Virus record (IMG/VR): IMGVR_UViG_3300032898_000004
Location: 1-60,889 of that record
Direction: 5' to 3' (one strand)
Source of the DNA: a virus
Lineage: Duplodnaviria; Caudoviricetes
DNA: 60,889 nucleotides
In this document: positions 10,223 to 17,515 of the stretch, in pieces
How positions within the stretch are numbered: position 1 is the stretch's first letter
How the letters are laid out: the number at the start of each line of letters is the position of its first letter
Notes under the pieces: generated by a model
Told to the model about the DNA's origin: nothing
The model's database searches: none
Seen by the model: only the letters and a program-made list of their open reading frames with translations
Program-made: the position numbers and the translations under genes

Positions 10223-10234
10223 CTCAGTTAACTC

Positions 10235-10660
10235 CTAGTTGCAAACCGTGAGGCTGATGTTGTCGGGATCACCGGCGGGAATGTACGGCCGCATGGTGAT
10301 CGTGTTGGCGTCGGAGTTGTACTGTTCCACCGCCAGCTGGCAGGTCTGCTGCAGCGCGACCAGGTCCGTGGAGTCCATCCCGGTCACGGTCGCCTGCTTG
10401 ATCTGGTACTCGTAGCCCTCGACGCTGTAGTACAGCTGGTTGAACGTCGCCGAGGCCTGCTCCTGGTTGGCGCCACTGTTCGTGTCGCGCTTCACCTGGG
10501 CATTGCCCGTGGACTTCGCAGTCGAGTTGCTGATCGCGTTGCTGATCTCGATGCCGCCGTAGGTCAGGCCGCCAATCACGACGACCGCGGTTCCCACGAC
10601 GATTCCGCCGAACACCACGGCACCCGTGGCATCCCGCACTTCACGAAGTCGTCCGATCAC
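10235..10660 (-). CDS. membrane-anchored protein
   Basis: N-terminal hydrophobic segment, GGAGG RBS. Confidence 0.65.
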   Translation of the reverse strand: MIGRLREVRDATGAVVFGGIVVGTAVVVIGGLTYGGIEISNAISNSTAKSTGNAQVKRDTNSGANQEQASATFNQLYYSVEGYEYQIKQATVTGMDSTDLVALQQTCQLAVEQYNSDANTITMRPYIPAGDPDNISLTVCN

Positions 10661-10671
10661 GTTCCGTCCTC

Positions 10672-10995
10672 CTAGTCCTCACCGATGAGGACGACGCCCT
10701 CGAGCAGGTCGTCGTCCTCGTTGTCCTCGTCGTAGTAGTCGTCGTACACCCGATCGACCAGGGGATCGACGTGCTTGCTCCACACGCTGTAGATCCAGTC
10801 CTCCGTGGTCGCGTCGACTGTCGTAGCCACGGTTTTACCGCAGATGCAGATGATCTCGGCACCGGGAACTGGGTCGTTCTCGGTGGTCACGAAAACCGGG
10901 TGGAACATCCAACTGGCGTGGTCCTCGAGGACCTGCGCTACTTGCTTCTCGACTTCTTCCACTGTCTCACGTTCCTGACTCGAGTGCGCACCCAC
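10672..10995 (-). CDS. acidic hypothetical protein
   Basis: ORF in operon; CxC motif, acidic tail. Confidence 0.55.
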   Translation of the reverse strand: MGAHSSQERETVEEVEKQVAQVLEDHASWMFHPVFVTTENDPVPGAEIICICGKTVATTVDATTEDWIYSVWSKHVDPLVDRVYDDYYDEDNEDDDLLEGVVLIGED

Positions 10996-11178
10996 CTGAC
11001 CAAGTGGGGGCGGAAGTGACGGTCCGCAGTCTTCAGGACCTCGGTCGTCGACCAGATCGCCATCGCGGTAACCGCGCCGACGATGATGGAACCGATGACC
11101 AGGGTAGCAACGGCGTCCCAGATGAATGACCCGCTCATCCGTGGCGCACCAACCTTCTATCTAGTTGTGAATGGTACG

Positions 11179-11252
11179 TGCACTCGATGGGACTCGAACC
11201 CACACTGTCAGCGACCTCAACGCTGTCCCTCTACCAATTGGGGTACGAGTGC
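11179..11252 (-). tRNA. tRNA-Leu(GAG), short variable loop
   Basis: cloverleaf; anticodon arm CAGCG-TTGAGGT-CGCTG; T-loop TTCGAGT. Confidence 0.85.
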
Positions 11253-11261
11253 TTAAACTGC

Positions 11262-11334
11262 GAACGCGTGGGGGAGTCGAACCAACCGAGGTCACGGGCC
11301 ATGAACCCGATGTCACCCTACCGAGGCACGCGCC
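11262..11334 (-). tRNA. atypical/degenerate tRNA with CAT anticodon
   Basis: acceptor GGCGCGT/ACGCGTT, CGGG-TTCATGG-CCCG, but poorly paired T-stem and non-canonical D-arm. Confidence 0.45.
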
Positions 11335-11527
11335 GTTGATTTTCCTGAGCCCCCGACAACTTGGGGTTTGCCTCCGTGGCATCTATCGTCCACGGTCTCA
11401 GTCGGCTTCGAACCACCCCGCCGAGGGTGTAGGAAACACGCAGTTGCCGCTACGTGTCGGTTCTCCAGCTGTTTGGACACTCCCGCTGACGGAGATAGGA
11501 AACGGTGTCTTTCGTTACCGCCGACCG

Positions 11528-11599
11528 TACCCCCAGCCAGATTCGAACTGGCGACCTACCGTTTAGGAAACGGTCTCTCTTCCGCTGAGCTATGGGGGT
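11528..11599 (-). tRNA. tRNA-Arg(CCT)
   Basis: ACCGT-TTCCTAA-ACGGT; T-loop TTCGAAT. Confidence 0.85.
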
Positions 11600-11663
11600 G
11601 AGTGCCCTGTGGACCACCCGGGTCAGGTGCTGACGCTACGCCGGTTCCAAAGCGTGCTGTCCG

Positions 11664-11736
11664 TGTCCCCGACAGGATTCGAACCTGCGACATCTACCCT
11701 CGGAAGGTAGCGCTCTATCCGCTGAACTACGGAGAC
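11664..11736 (-). tRNA. tRNA-Arg(CCG)
   Basis: CTACC-TTCCGAG-GGTAG. Confidence 0.88.
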
Positions 11737-11737
11737 G

Positions 11738-11811
11738 TACTCTCGGCCGGACTCGAACCGGCACTAAACGGATTTTGAGTCCGTCGCCTCTGCCAATTGG
11801 GCTACGAGAGC
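11738..11811 (-). tRNA. tRNA-Leu(CAA), short variable loop
   Basis: ACGGA-CTCAAAA-TCCGT. Confidence 0.88.
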
Positions 11812-11953
11812 TTGGCCGCGTTCGCGCATCCGAACGCGGGTCGTACGGTCATGGGGAGAGTGCGTCCCGTTGGGCCTACAGAAGTCAGGCTTCTCTGCTT
11901 TCGCTCCACCTAAGCGACTTCGCGGTTCCCCTACTTGCTGTAATGGTGGTGCG

Positions 11954-12027
11954 TACTCCGAGGGGGATTCGAACCCCCAACCTCTACGACCTGAACGTAG
12001 CGCCTCTGCCAGTTGGGCTACCGGAGC
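11954..12027 (-). tRNA. tRNA-Leu(CAG), short variable loop
   Basis: CTACG-TTCAGGT-CGTAG. Confidence 0.88.
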
Positions 12028-12028
12028 G

Positions 12029-12101
12029 TAGCTCGAGTCGGATTCGAACCGACATCTGCCTCGTTATGAGCGAGGGGCTCTAACCGTTAAGCTATCGAGC
12101 A
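12029..12101 (-). tRNA. tRNA with CAT anticodon (Met or Ile2)
   Basis: CCTCG-CTCATAA-CGAGG; 1:72 U.U mismatch. Confidence 0.8.
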
Positions 12102-12102
12102 G

Positions 12103-12175
12103 TCCCCGACCGTGGAGTTGAACCACGCACTTCTCCCTTATCAGGGGAGTACTCTAACCGCTGAGTTAGACGGGG
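12103..12175 (-). tRNA. tRNA-Ile(GAT)
   Basis: CTCCC-CTGATAA-GGGAG. Confidence 0.85.
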
Positions 12176-12209
12176 TTGGTGTTACGTTTACACTATACCA
12201 TACTTTGCG

Positions 12210-12285
12210 TGTGACCGGCGGGATTTGAACCCGCGTGGTACCAGGATCACAACCTGGCGCAATAGGCCGCTCTGCCACGGTCACC
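12210..12285 (-). tRNA. tRNA-His(GTG) with encoded G-1
   Basis: CCAGG-TTGTGAT-CCTGG. Confidence 0.85.
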
Positions 12286-12286
12286 G

Positions 12287-12417
12287 TGGGCAGGAGTGGA
12301 GTCGAACCACCCAAGGCGGGAACTACCCTATTGGTCACCAATGCCAAGACGGGAATCGAACCCGTACCAGTCACCAGACTAATGACGGAATCGAACCGTC
12401 TACCTTCCGGTCTGCCC
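12287..12417 (-). ncRNA. tRNA-like RNA with acceptor-type stem and three T-arms, no anticodon arm
   Basis: GGGCAG/CTGCCC-A closing stem; T-arms at 12384-12400, 12349-12365, 12295-12311. Confidence 0.65.
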
Positions 12418-12435
12418 TTGTTCAGTTGTGTTGCG

Positions 12436-12623
12436 TGCGCCTGGTGGGATTCGAACCCACGCAATGGGCAAGTTTGGTCAAACGCGCTTCCCTGTCGGGG
12501 GTTGAGGTTCCCCAACCCGCAGCCTTGTGAGCCTTGGGCCCGATCCCGGTGCATCCGCAAACCTCTTGCCTTGCCGCCCCTCCGTTGTTTGGGCCGCTCT
12601 GTCCTATCCTGAGCTACAGACGC
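12436..12623 (-). ncRNA. tRNA-like RNA with ~135-nt insert replacing the anticodon arm
   Basis: acceptor GCGTCTG/CAGGCGC-A, D-arm GCTC..GAGC, T-arm GTGGG-TTCGAAT-CCCAC, 188 nt in total. Confidence 0.7.
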
Positions 12624-12648
12624 TTGATCTCTATTGAGTTATCGTGCG

Positions 12649-12722
12649 TACGCCGGGAGGGACTTGAACCCCCGACCAAGGCATTAAAAGTGCCCCACTC
12701 TGACCAGCTGAGTTACCGGCGC
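12649..12722 (-). tRNA. tRNA-Lys(TTT)
   Basis: GGGCA-CTTTTAA-TGCCT. Confidence 0.88.
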
Positions 12723-12727
12723 TTGCG

Positions 12728-12799
12728 AGCCGAAGACCAGATTCGAACTGGTGGCCAACTGTTTACAAGACAGTTGCTCTACCACTGAGCTACATCGGC
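12728..12799 (-). tRNA. tRNA-Thr(TGT)
   Basis: ACTGT-CTTGTAA-ACAGT. Confidence 0.88.
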
Positions 12800-12809
12800 A
12801 TGCAATGCG

Positions 12810-12881
12810 ATCCACGACGGAGAATCGAACTCCGATCGACTCACTACCAATGAGTCATTCTGACCATTGAACTATCGTGGA
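12810..12881 (-). tRNA. tRNA-Thr(GGT), atypical acceptor stem
   Basis: ACTCA-TTGGTAG-TGAGT; acceptor TCCACGA/TCGTGGA. Confidence 0.75.
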
Positions 12882-13030
12882 ATGCGCGGTTCCCCAGACG
12901 TAAGCCGTCTAGTCAGTTCGCCCAGTCAGTCACCCACCGCGCCGTCTAGATTCGCACGATGGTTTATTCCTAGGGGACCCGCGGTCAGGGGGTCACAACG
13001 ATGGCGGTACCTGCCACCGTTGACCTGACG

Positions 13031-13104
13031 TACTCCGGGTCGGACTCGAACCGACGACTCGCGCATTAAGAGTGCGCTACTCTAACCAACTGAGTTACCG
13101 GAGC
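13031..13104 (-). tRNA. tRNA-Lys(CTT)
   Basis: GCGCA-CTCTTAA-TGCGC. Confidence 0.9.
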
Positions 13105-13202
13105 AGGTGCCACGTTTGGTCGACCCCGTGGCCGGGCGGGAAACCGTTTCGTGCCGTGCTGACCTGGTCTGTAGAGCCAGCCGTGCGTTGGACGGTGGAC
13201 CG

Positions 13203-13274
13203 TGCCTCCCCGGGGAATCGAACCCCGATCTTCAGCTTCGTAGGCTGATGTCTTGTCCGTTGGACCAGAGAGAC
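13203..13274 (-). tRNA. tRNA-Arg(ACG)
   Basis: TCAGC-CTACGAA-GCTGA. Confidence 0.85.
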
Positions 13275-13285
13275 GCTGTACTGCG

Positions 13286-13357
13286 TAGCACCGGCGGGAT
13301 TCGAACCCGCACCAACCTGAGTGAAAGTCAGGGGACCTTCCAATAGTCTACGGTGCC
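13286..13357 (-). tRNA. tRNA-Glu(TTC)
   Basis: CCTGA-CTTTCAC-TCAGG. Confidence 0.87.
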
Positions 13358-13362
13358 TTGCG

Positions 13363-13435
13363 TACTCGAGACGGGATTCGAACCCGTGATCTCCTGATTG
13401 AGGGTCAGGTGAGATAACCGCTACTCCACTCGAGC
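13363..13435 (-). tRNA. tRNA-Glu(CTC)
   Basis: CCTGA-CCCTCAA-TCAGG. Confidence 0.87.
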
Positions 13436-13474
13436 TTGCTGCCGGCCCCCGGAAGGGCCGGGTCGTACTGCGTG

Positions 13475-13921
13475 CTAGTTCTGCGGGTCCGAGAACTCGA
13501 TGCTGGTGTAGTTCCCATCGGTCGACTGGTTGAACATCTTGACCACCTGGTCCTTCGTGACTACCGGCGATTCCGCGATGATCTCGTTGAACGCGGCGAG
13601 CTCATCGGGGGCGATCTCCGCGGCGTCGTGCGAGCCGGTGAGGCTGGCCTTGCCGAGCACGTTCTCGATCGTCTGCGCGAACGCGATGCCGGCGTTCTTG
13701 GTGGCCAGTTCGTGCGCCTCCGTGAACTCCCTGATCGCGATCTCGCGGAACGGGGCGATGAAAGCGTCGAACGCCTGGCGGGCAGTCTCGCCAACCTCCG
13801 AGCCGAAGTTGATCCCCCGGGCCAGGTACAGCTCCTGGAAGAACGTGAGGTCGGCCTGCATCGCCAGCTGTTCCGCGCGGGCCCGGATGTAGGTCTCGGG
13901 ACCCATGTTCTCGAACGTCAC
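13475..13921 (-). CDS. hypothetical protein heading the tRNA cluster
   Basis: GAGGAG RBS, strong codon bias, promoter upstream. Confidence 0.75.
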   Translation of the reverse strand: MTFENMGPETYIRARAEQLAMQADLTFFQELYLARGINFGSEVGETARQAFDAFIAPFREIAIREFTEAHELATKNAGIAFAQTIENVLGKASLTGSHDAAEIAPDELAAFNEIIAESPVVTKDQVVKMFNQSTDGNYTSIEFSDPQN

Positions 13922-13997
13922 GTTGATCTCCTCTGTCGGTTCCGGTCTCTTACCCTCGGAGGTCCGAGGATTTGAACCTCCGTGGCTTGCTAGGAAT

Positions 13998-14026
13998 ACT
14001 GTACCACGCCGTCCAGCACGTGTACA
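13998..14026 (-). promoter_or_regulatory. promoter TGTACA-N17-TACAGT, divergent from the ART promoter
   Basis: family consensus and 17-bp spacing. Confidence 0.7.
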
Positions 14027-14094
14027 CTCCCATTTTCAAGCGACTTCTCGCGGTTTCTAGCGCGCGCACGCGTGCACGTAGGCACGCACACGTG

Positions 14095-14123
14095 TTTACA
14101 TTAGTGTCCCCTCGTGGTACGAT
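14095..14123 (+). promoter_or_regulatory. promoter TTTACA-N17-TACGAT
   Basis: family consensus. Confidence 0.75.
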
Positions 14124-14161
14124 GGACCCAACACGGAAACCGAGAACGGAACTGAGAGGAG

Positions 14162-15727
14162 GTGGACGAGGTGGAGATTGGAGCCGTCTACGTAGGACCC
14201 AAGGACGCCATCGGCGCCACCGTCCAGCACTGGCTGCACGGCGGTGGTCACGTCCAGGTGTTCAATGGTGACGCCGTCGTGGTTGACTTTTACGGCAGCT
14301 CCAAGGTATTCGCCACCGCGTTCGCACAGCAGAAGCCGAAGCTGATCAAGACGAACAGCGAGACCGGCCACACGTGCATCGCCAACGTCAAGGCGATCGG
14401 CAACAAGGTCGTCAACAAGGACGACGGTAAGTTGATCGGATACGTCAACCAGACCACGCACTTCGGTTGGACGTTCCAGTGTCAGATCAACATGGACGTC
14501 AAGGACGGCTTCAGCTCGAAGCACCTGGCGATTAAGGCGTTGGTTAACTATAACAACACCACGATCGACAGCCTCGCGATCAATCACGCGGTAGCGAAGT
14601 ACACCGTCGTTCAACCACCTGTCGACCCCTGGGCAACCGCACCGGCGATTCCCAACATCATCACCGACGCGGACGTCCCGGCAATCAAGAAGCCGGAGCC
14701 GGTCAAGAAGCCGGAAGATGGCGCTCCGTGGCTGGACGAGGCCTGGAAGTCCGTCAAGCAGGAACTCCAGGGCAACCTGCTCGTGGGTGCCAATCCCGTG
14801 AAGAACGCGGACGGCCAGATCGTCTCCGGCGAGATCCACTTCAACGGCGTGGTCGTCGGCTACACGAAGTCGAACTTCGACGGCACGATGAAGGTCTTCC
14901 ACGCGGACGGCACGCTCGTAGCGCCGACCGCAGTTCCCGGCGCGCACACGGCAACCGACATGGTCGCCGCGCACCACACCGAGTTCCACAGTGGGATGCA
15001 GGAGCTGATCGCCGAGCTCACCGCCAAGATCAAGAACACGGTGGTCAACGGCAAGATCGCCCCCACGGAGCTGAGCCTCTCGGAGGGTGGCCTGCACCAC
15101 CACCCGGTGCTCGCGTACACCGGGCCGTCAGGTCCGGGAGTCCTCAACCACTTCCGCGACCAGGACAGCCACAGCGCCGGCGAGGCCATGTACGCCAAGG
15201 TCGCGGGTGCCCACCTCCTGGACCTGGCCACCACCTGGAAGTCGTCGCTCAAGCACTACACGGCGAACGGCTACGTGTGGATCAATAACCAGCTCCGTGC
15301 CAACGCGATCAAGCACCCGACGGTGGCCAACCACATCACGCGCCTGGACAAGATCTTCACGAAGACGCCGGAGCTCGAGGAGACGATCACCGTCTACCGT
15401 GGGATTGACCACGGTACCGCGAGCACGCTGTTTGGCGAGCTCGGCTCCCACGTGGGCAAGGAGTTCATCGAGCTCGGCTTCTCCAGCTGCTCCGCGGTGG
15501 CGGCCAGCGCGTTCACCAACGGCATGAACATCGTGATGCGGATCACGGTGCCGAAGGGTGCCCACGTGGTCAAGCCGTCCCTGGCTGGCCACTACAAGGA
15601 TCAGGAGTGCGAGATCATCCTCCCCCGCGAGGCGAAGTTCATGGTCATGCGGGACGAGCACGTCGGCATCGGCTTCGGGGCGAAGCGCCAGATCGACCTC
15701 GTGTTCACCGGCAGTATCCTCAACTGA
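14162..15727 (+). CDS. ADP-ribosyltransferase, VIP2/exoenzyme-like (R-S-E clade) C-terminal domain
   Basis: YT..GY..IN..LR helix, ITVYRG (R), GFSSCS (S), QECEIILPR (ExE). Confidence 0.88.
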   Translation: MDEVEIGAVYVGPKDAIGATVQHWLHGGGHVQVFNGDAVVVDFYGSSKVFATAFAQQKPKLIKTNSETGHTCIANVKAIGNKVVNKDDGKLIGYVNQTTHFGWTFQCQINMDVKDGFSSKHLAIKALVNYNNTTIDSLAINHAVAKYTVVQPPVDPWATAPAIPNIITDADVPAIKKPEPVKKPEDGAPWLDEAWKSVKQELQGNLLVGANPVKNADGQIVSGEIHFNGVVVGYTKSNFDGTMKVFHADGTLVAPTAVPGAHTATDMVAAHHTEFHSGMQELIAELTAKIKNTVVNGKIAPTELSLSEGGLHHHPVLAYTGPSGPGVLNHFRDQDSHSAGEAMYAKVAGAHLLDLATTWKSSLKHYTANGYVWINNQLRANAIKHPTVANHITRLDKIFTKTPELEETITVYRGIDHGTASTLFGELGSHVGKEFIELGFSSCSAVAASAFTNGMNIVMRITVPKGAHVVKPSLAGHYKDQECEIILPREAKFMVMRDEHVGIGFGAKRQIDLVFTGSILN

Positions 15728-15740
15728 AGAATCCCGTCCG

Positions 15741-15785
15741 CGGCACGCCACAGGTGTTTACATTAGTGGCGTGCCGTGGTATGCT
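15741..15785 (+). promoter_or_regulatory. hairpin-embedded promoter TTTACA-N17-TATGCT
   Basis: CGGCACGCCAC...GTGGCGTGCCG inverted repeat around the -35 box. Confidence 0.75.
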
Positions 15786-15821
15786 TGTACCAAGGACAAG
15801 GGAACCAGGAAGGAACCGAAA

Positions 15822-16343
15822 ATGACCACGATGGCCCAGATCGAGATGCTCACCAAGATGTGCGAGGAGCGCGGGCTCAGCACCCTCCCGATCGAGCAGG
15901 AGCGCCTGAACGGCACCCTCACCAACGCCCGCGTGCAGCACCTGTTCCAGGTCCTGAAGGGCAAGCCCAAGCTCCCTAAGGTGATACCCACCCAGTCCGA
16001 CACCGTGCAGGCCACGGAGTACACGACCAAGAAGAGCAACCAGCCGGCGGCTGAGGGTGGCTACCAGGTCGGGGACACGATCTACAAGGTCAAGAACGGC
16101 AAGAGCGGTTACAACTACGCGATGGAGCTCGTGGGACAGCTCGCCAACGGCGGTCCTCGCTGGGAGATCGCCAAGGGCATGGTCTTCAAGCTCACCGAGG
16201 CGGACCGCATGACCGCCGCCCAGGTCAAGGCCTTCGGTGACCTGTACCGCCACTGCATCTACTGCGGTAAGGAGCTCACCCGCCCCGAGAGCATCGACCG
16301 TGGTTGTGGTCCCAGCTGCGCGGCCAAGCACGGCATCGCCTAA
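15822..16343 (+). CDS. DUF6011-like Zn-finger protein
   Basis: C-terminal CIYCGKELTRPESIDRGCGPSCA. Confidence 0.8.
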   Translation: MTTMAQIEMLTKMCEERGLSTLPIEQERLNGTLTNARVQHLFQVLKGKPKLPKVIPTQSDTVQATEYTTKKSNQPAAEGGYQVGDTIYKVKNGKSGYNYAMELVGQLANGGPRWEIAKGMVFKLTEADRMTAAQVKAFGDLYRHCIYCGKELTRPESIDRGCGPSCAAKHGIA

Positions 16344-16355
16344 CCCATCGTACTT

Positions 16356-16400
16356 CGGAGTCCGTCGAGTGTTTACATTCGGCGGACTCCGTGGTACTAT
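16356..16400 (+). promoter_or_regulatory. hairpin-embedded promoter TTTACA-N17-TACTAT
   Basis: CGGAGTCCG...CGGACTCCG inverted repeat around the -35 box. Confidence 0.75.
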
Positions 16401-16434
16401 GGTAACAGGAACCTGAGACGATAAGGAGAAGATC

Positions 16435-17463
16435 GTGACAATCGCAGGATCTTTGTTCGGACTCGCCTTCGGGGACGCGATGGGCAAGCCCACCGAGTTC
16501 GCGAAGTTCGAGACGCTCCAGAAGGCGTACAAGAGCGGCTGGCTGGACGAACTTCCCGTCAAGAACGGGATCGCCAAGGTCACCGACGACACGCAGATGG
16601 CACTGTCCGTGGGACTCGCAGTCACCACGGCCGCCGAGAACGGCTTCCTCACGCCGGAGAACGTGGCCGACGAGCTGGCTACCCAGTTCACCGCCTGGTA
16701 CCAGTCGCCGGACAACACGGCAGACCGCGCACCCGGCAACGCGTGCATGACCGCCGCCTCGGGAATGTCTCGCGGCAAGCCCTGGTGGGAGTGCACCAAG
16801 CTCGACGCCAAGGGCTGCGGTGCCAACATGCGGGTCACGCCCATCGGCCTCTGCGACTGGCTGACCATGGAGCAGCGCTCCGGCATCGCCCAGCTGCAGG
16901 CCGCGATGACTCACTGGCACCCAACGGCACTGGCCGCGTCGGACGTAACCCAGTACGCAGTCCACCTGCTTCTGCACGGAGCGGACCACGAGGACCTCCT
17001 GGACCTGCTTCTGAACTACGTCTCGGTGGCCTCGACGTACGACACGTCCGAGTGGATCGGCGAACTGTACGACGAGCACGGCAAGTCCACCGGGCGCGAG
17101 GGTGTCGACCAGTGGATGGGCAAGGGTTGGTTCGAGACCCGGCAGGCCATCCTCAAGGTCAAGAGGGCCTGGAAGAGCCCGCGCAAGATCGACCGCAAGG
17201 CCGACCCGTGCAGGGTCGGCGGCGAGGGTTGGGTGGCGGAGGAGGCGCTCGCCACGGCCCTCCACTGCTACCTGATGTTCCCGGACGACGGGGCCAGGGT
17301 AGTCGCCCGCGCCGCCGCCACCGGCGGTGACTCGGACTCCATCGCGGCCCTGGCGGGCGCGTTCGCCGGCGCCTCGCTGGGAATGCGCGGCTTCCCGGTC
17401 GAGTGGACGGGGCAGATCGAGTACCGCGTGCAGCTGGAGGGCCTGGCTCTGCGGCTGAGCTGA
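16435..17463 (+). CDS. ADP-ribosylglycohydrolase (DraG/ARH family)
   Basis: GLAFGDAMG, TDDTQM, GCGANMR, GGDSDSIAALAGA motifs. Confidence 0.93.
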   Translation: MTIAGSLFGLAFGDAMGKPTEFAKFETLQKAYKSGWLDELPVKNGIAKVTDDTQMALSVGLAVTTAAENGFLTPENVADELATQFTAWYQSPDNTADRAPGNACMTAASGMSRGKPWWECTKLDAKGCGANMRVTPIGLCDWLTMEQRSGIAQLQAAMTHWHPTALAASDVTQYAVHLLLHGADHEDLLDLLLNYVSVASTYDTSEWIGELYDEHGKSTGREGVDQWMGKGWFETRQAILKVKRAWKSPRKIDRKADPCRVGGEGWVAEEALATALHCYLMFPDDGARVVARAAATGGDSDSIAALAGAFAGASLGMRGFPVEWTGQIEYRVQLEGLALRLS

Positions 17464-17475
17464 TCACGGTACGAA

Positions 17476-17505
17476 AGAGGGGCACCCAACCGGGTGCCCC
17501 TTCTT
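17476..17505. terminator. bidirectional terminator hairpin
   Basis: AGAGGGGCACCC-AACC-GGGTGCCCCTTCTT between convergent genes. Confidence 0.7.
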
Positions 17506-17515
17506 CGTGCTTGGG

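Noticed and set aside
11528-11599. Amber-suppressor tRNA (CTA)
   Set aside because: The correct 5-bp stem / 7-nt loop register gives anticodon CCT (Arg).
12436-12623. tmRNA
   Set aside because: Has a D-stem, lacks G3.U70 and is too short.
11600-13201. HDV-like (theta) or hammerhead ribozymes in tRNA trailers
   Set aside because: I could not find the nested pseudoknot or the CUGANGA/GAAA core by eye; a descriptor search would be needed.
11161-13346. ORFs predicted across the tRNA cluster
   Set aside because: They overlap well-formed tRNA genes and have no coding signature.
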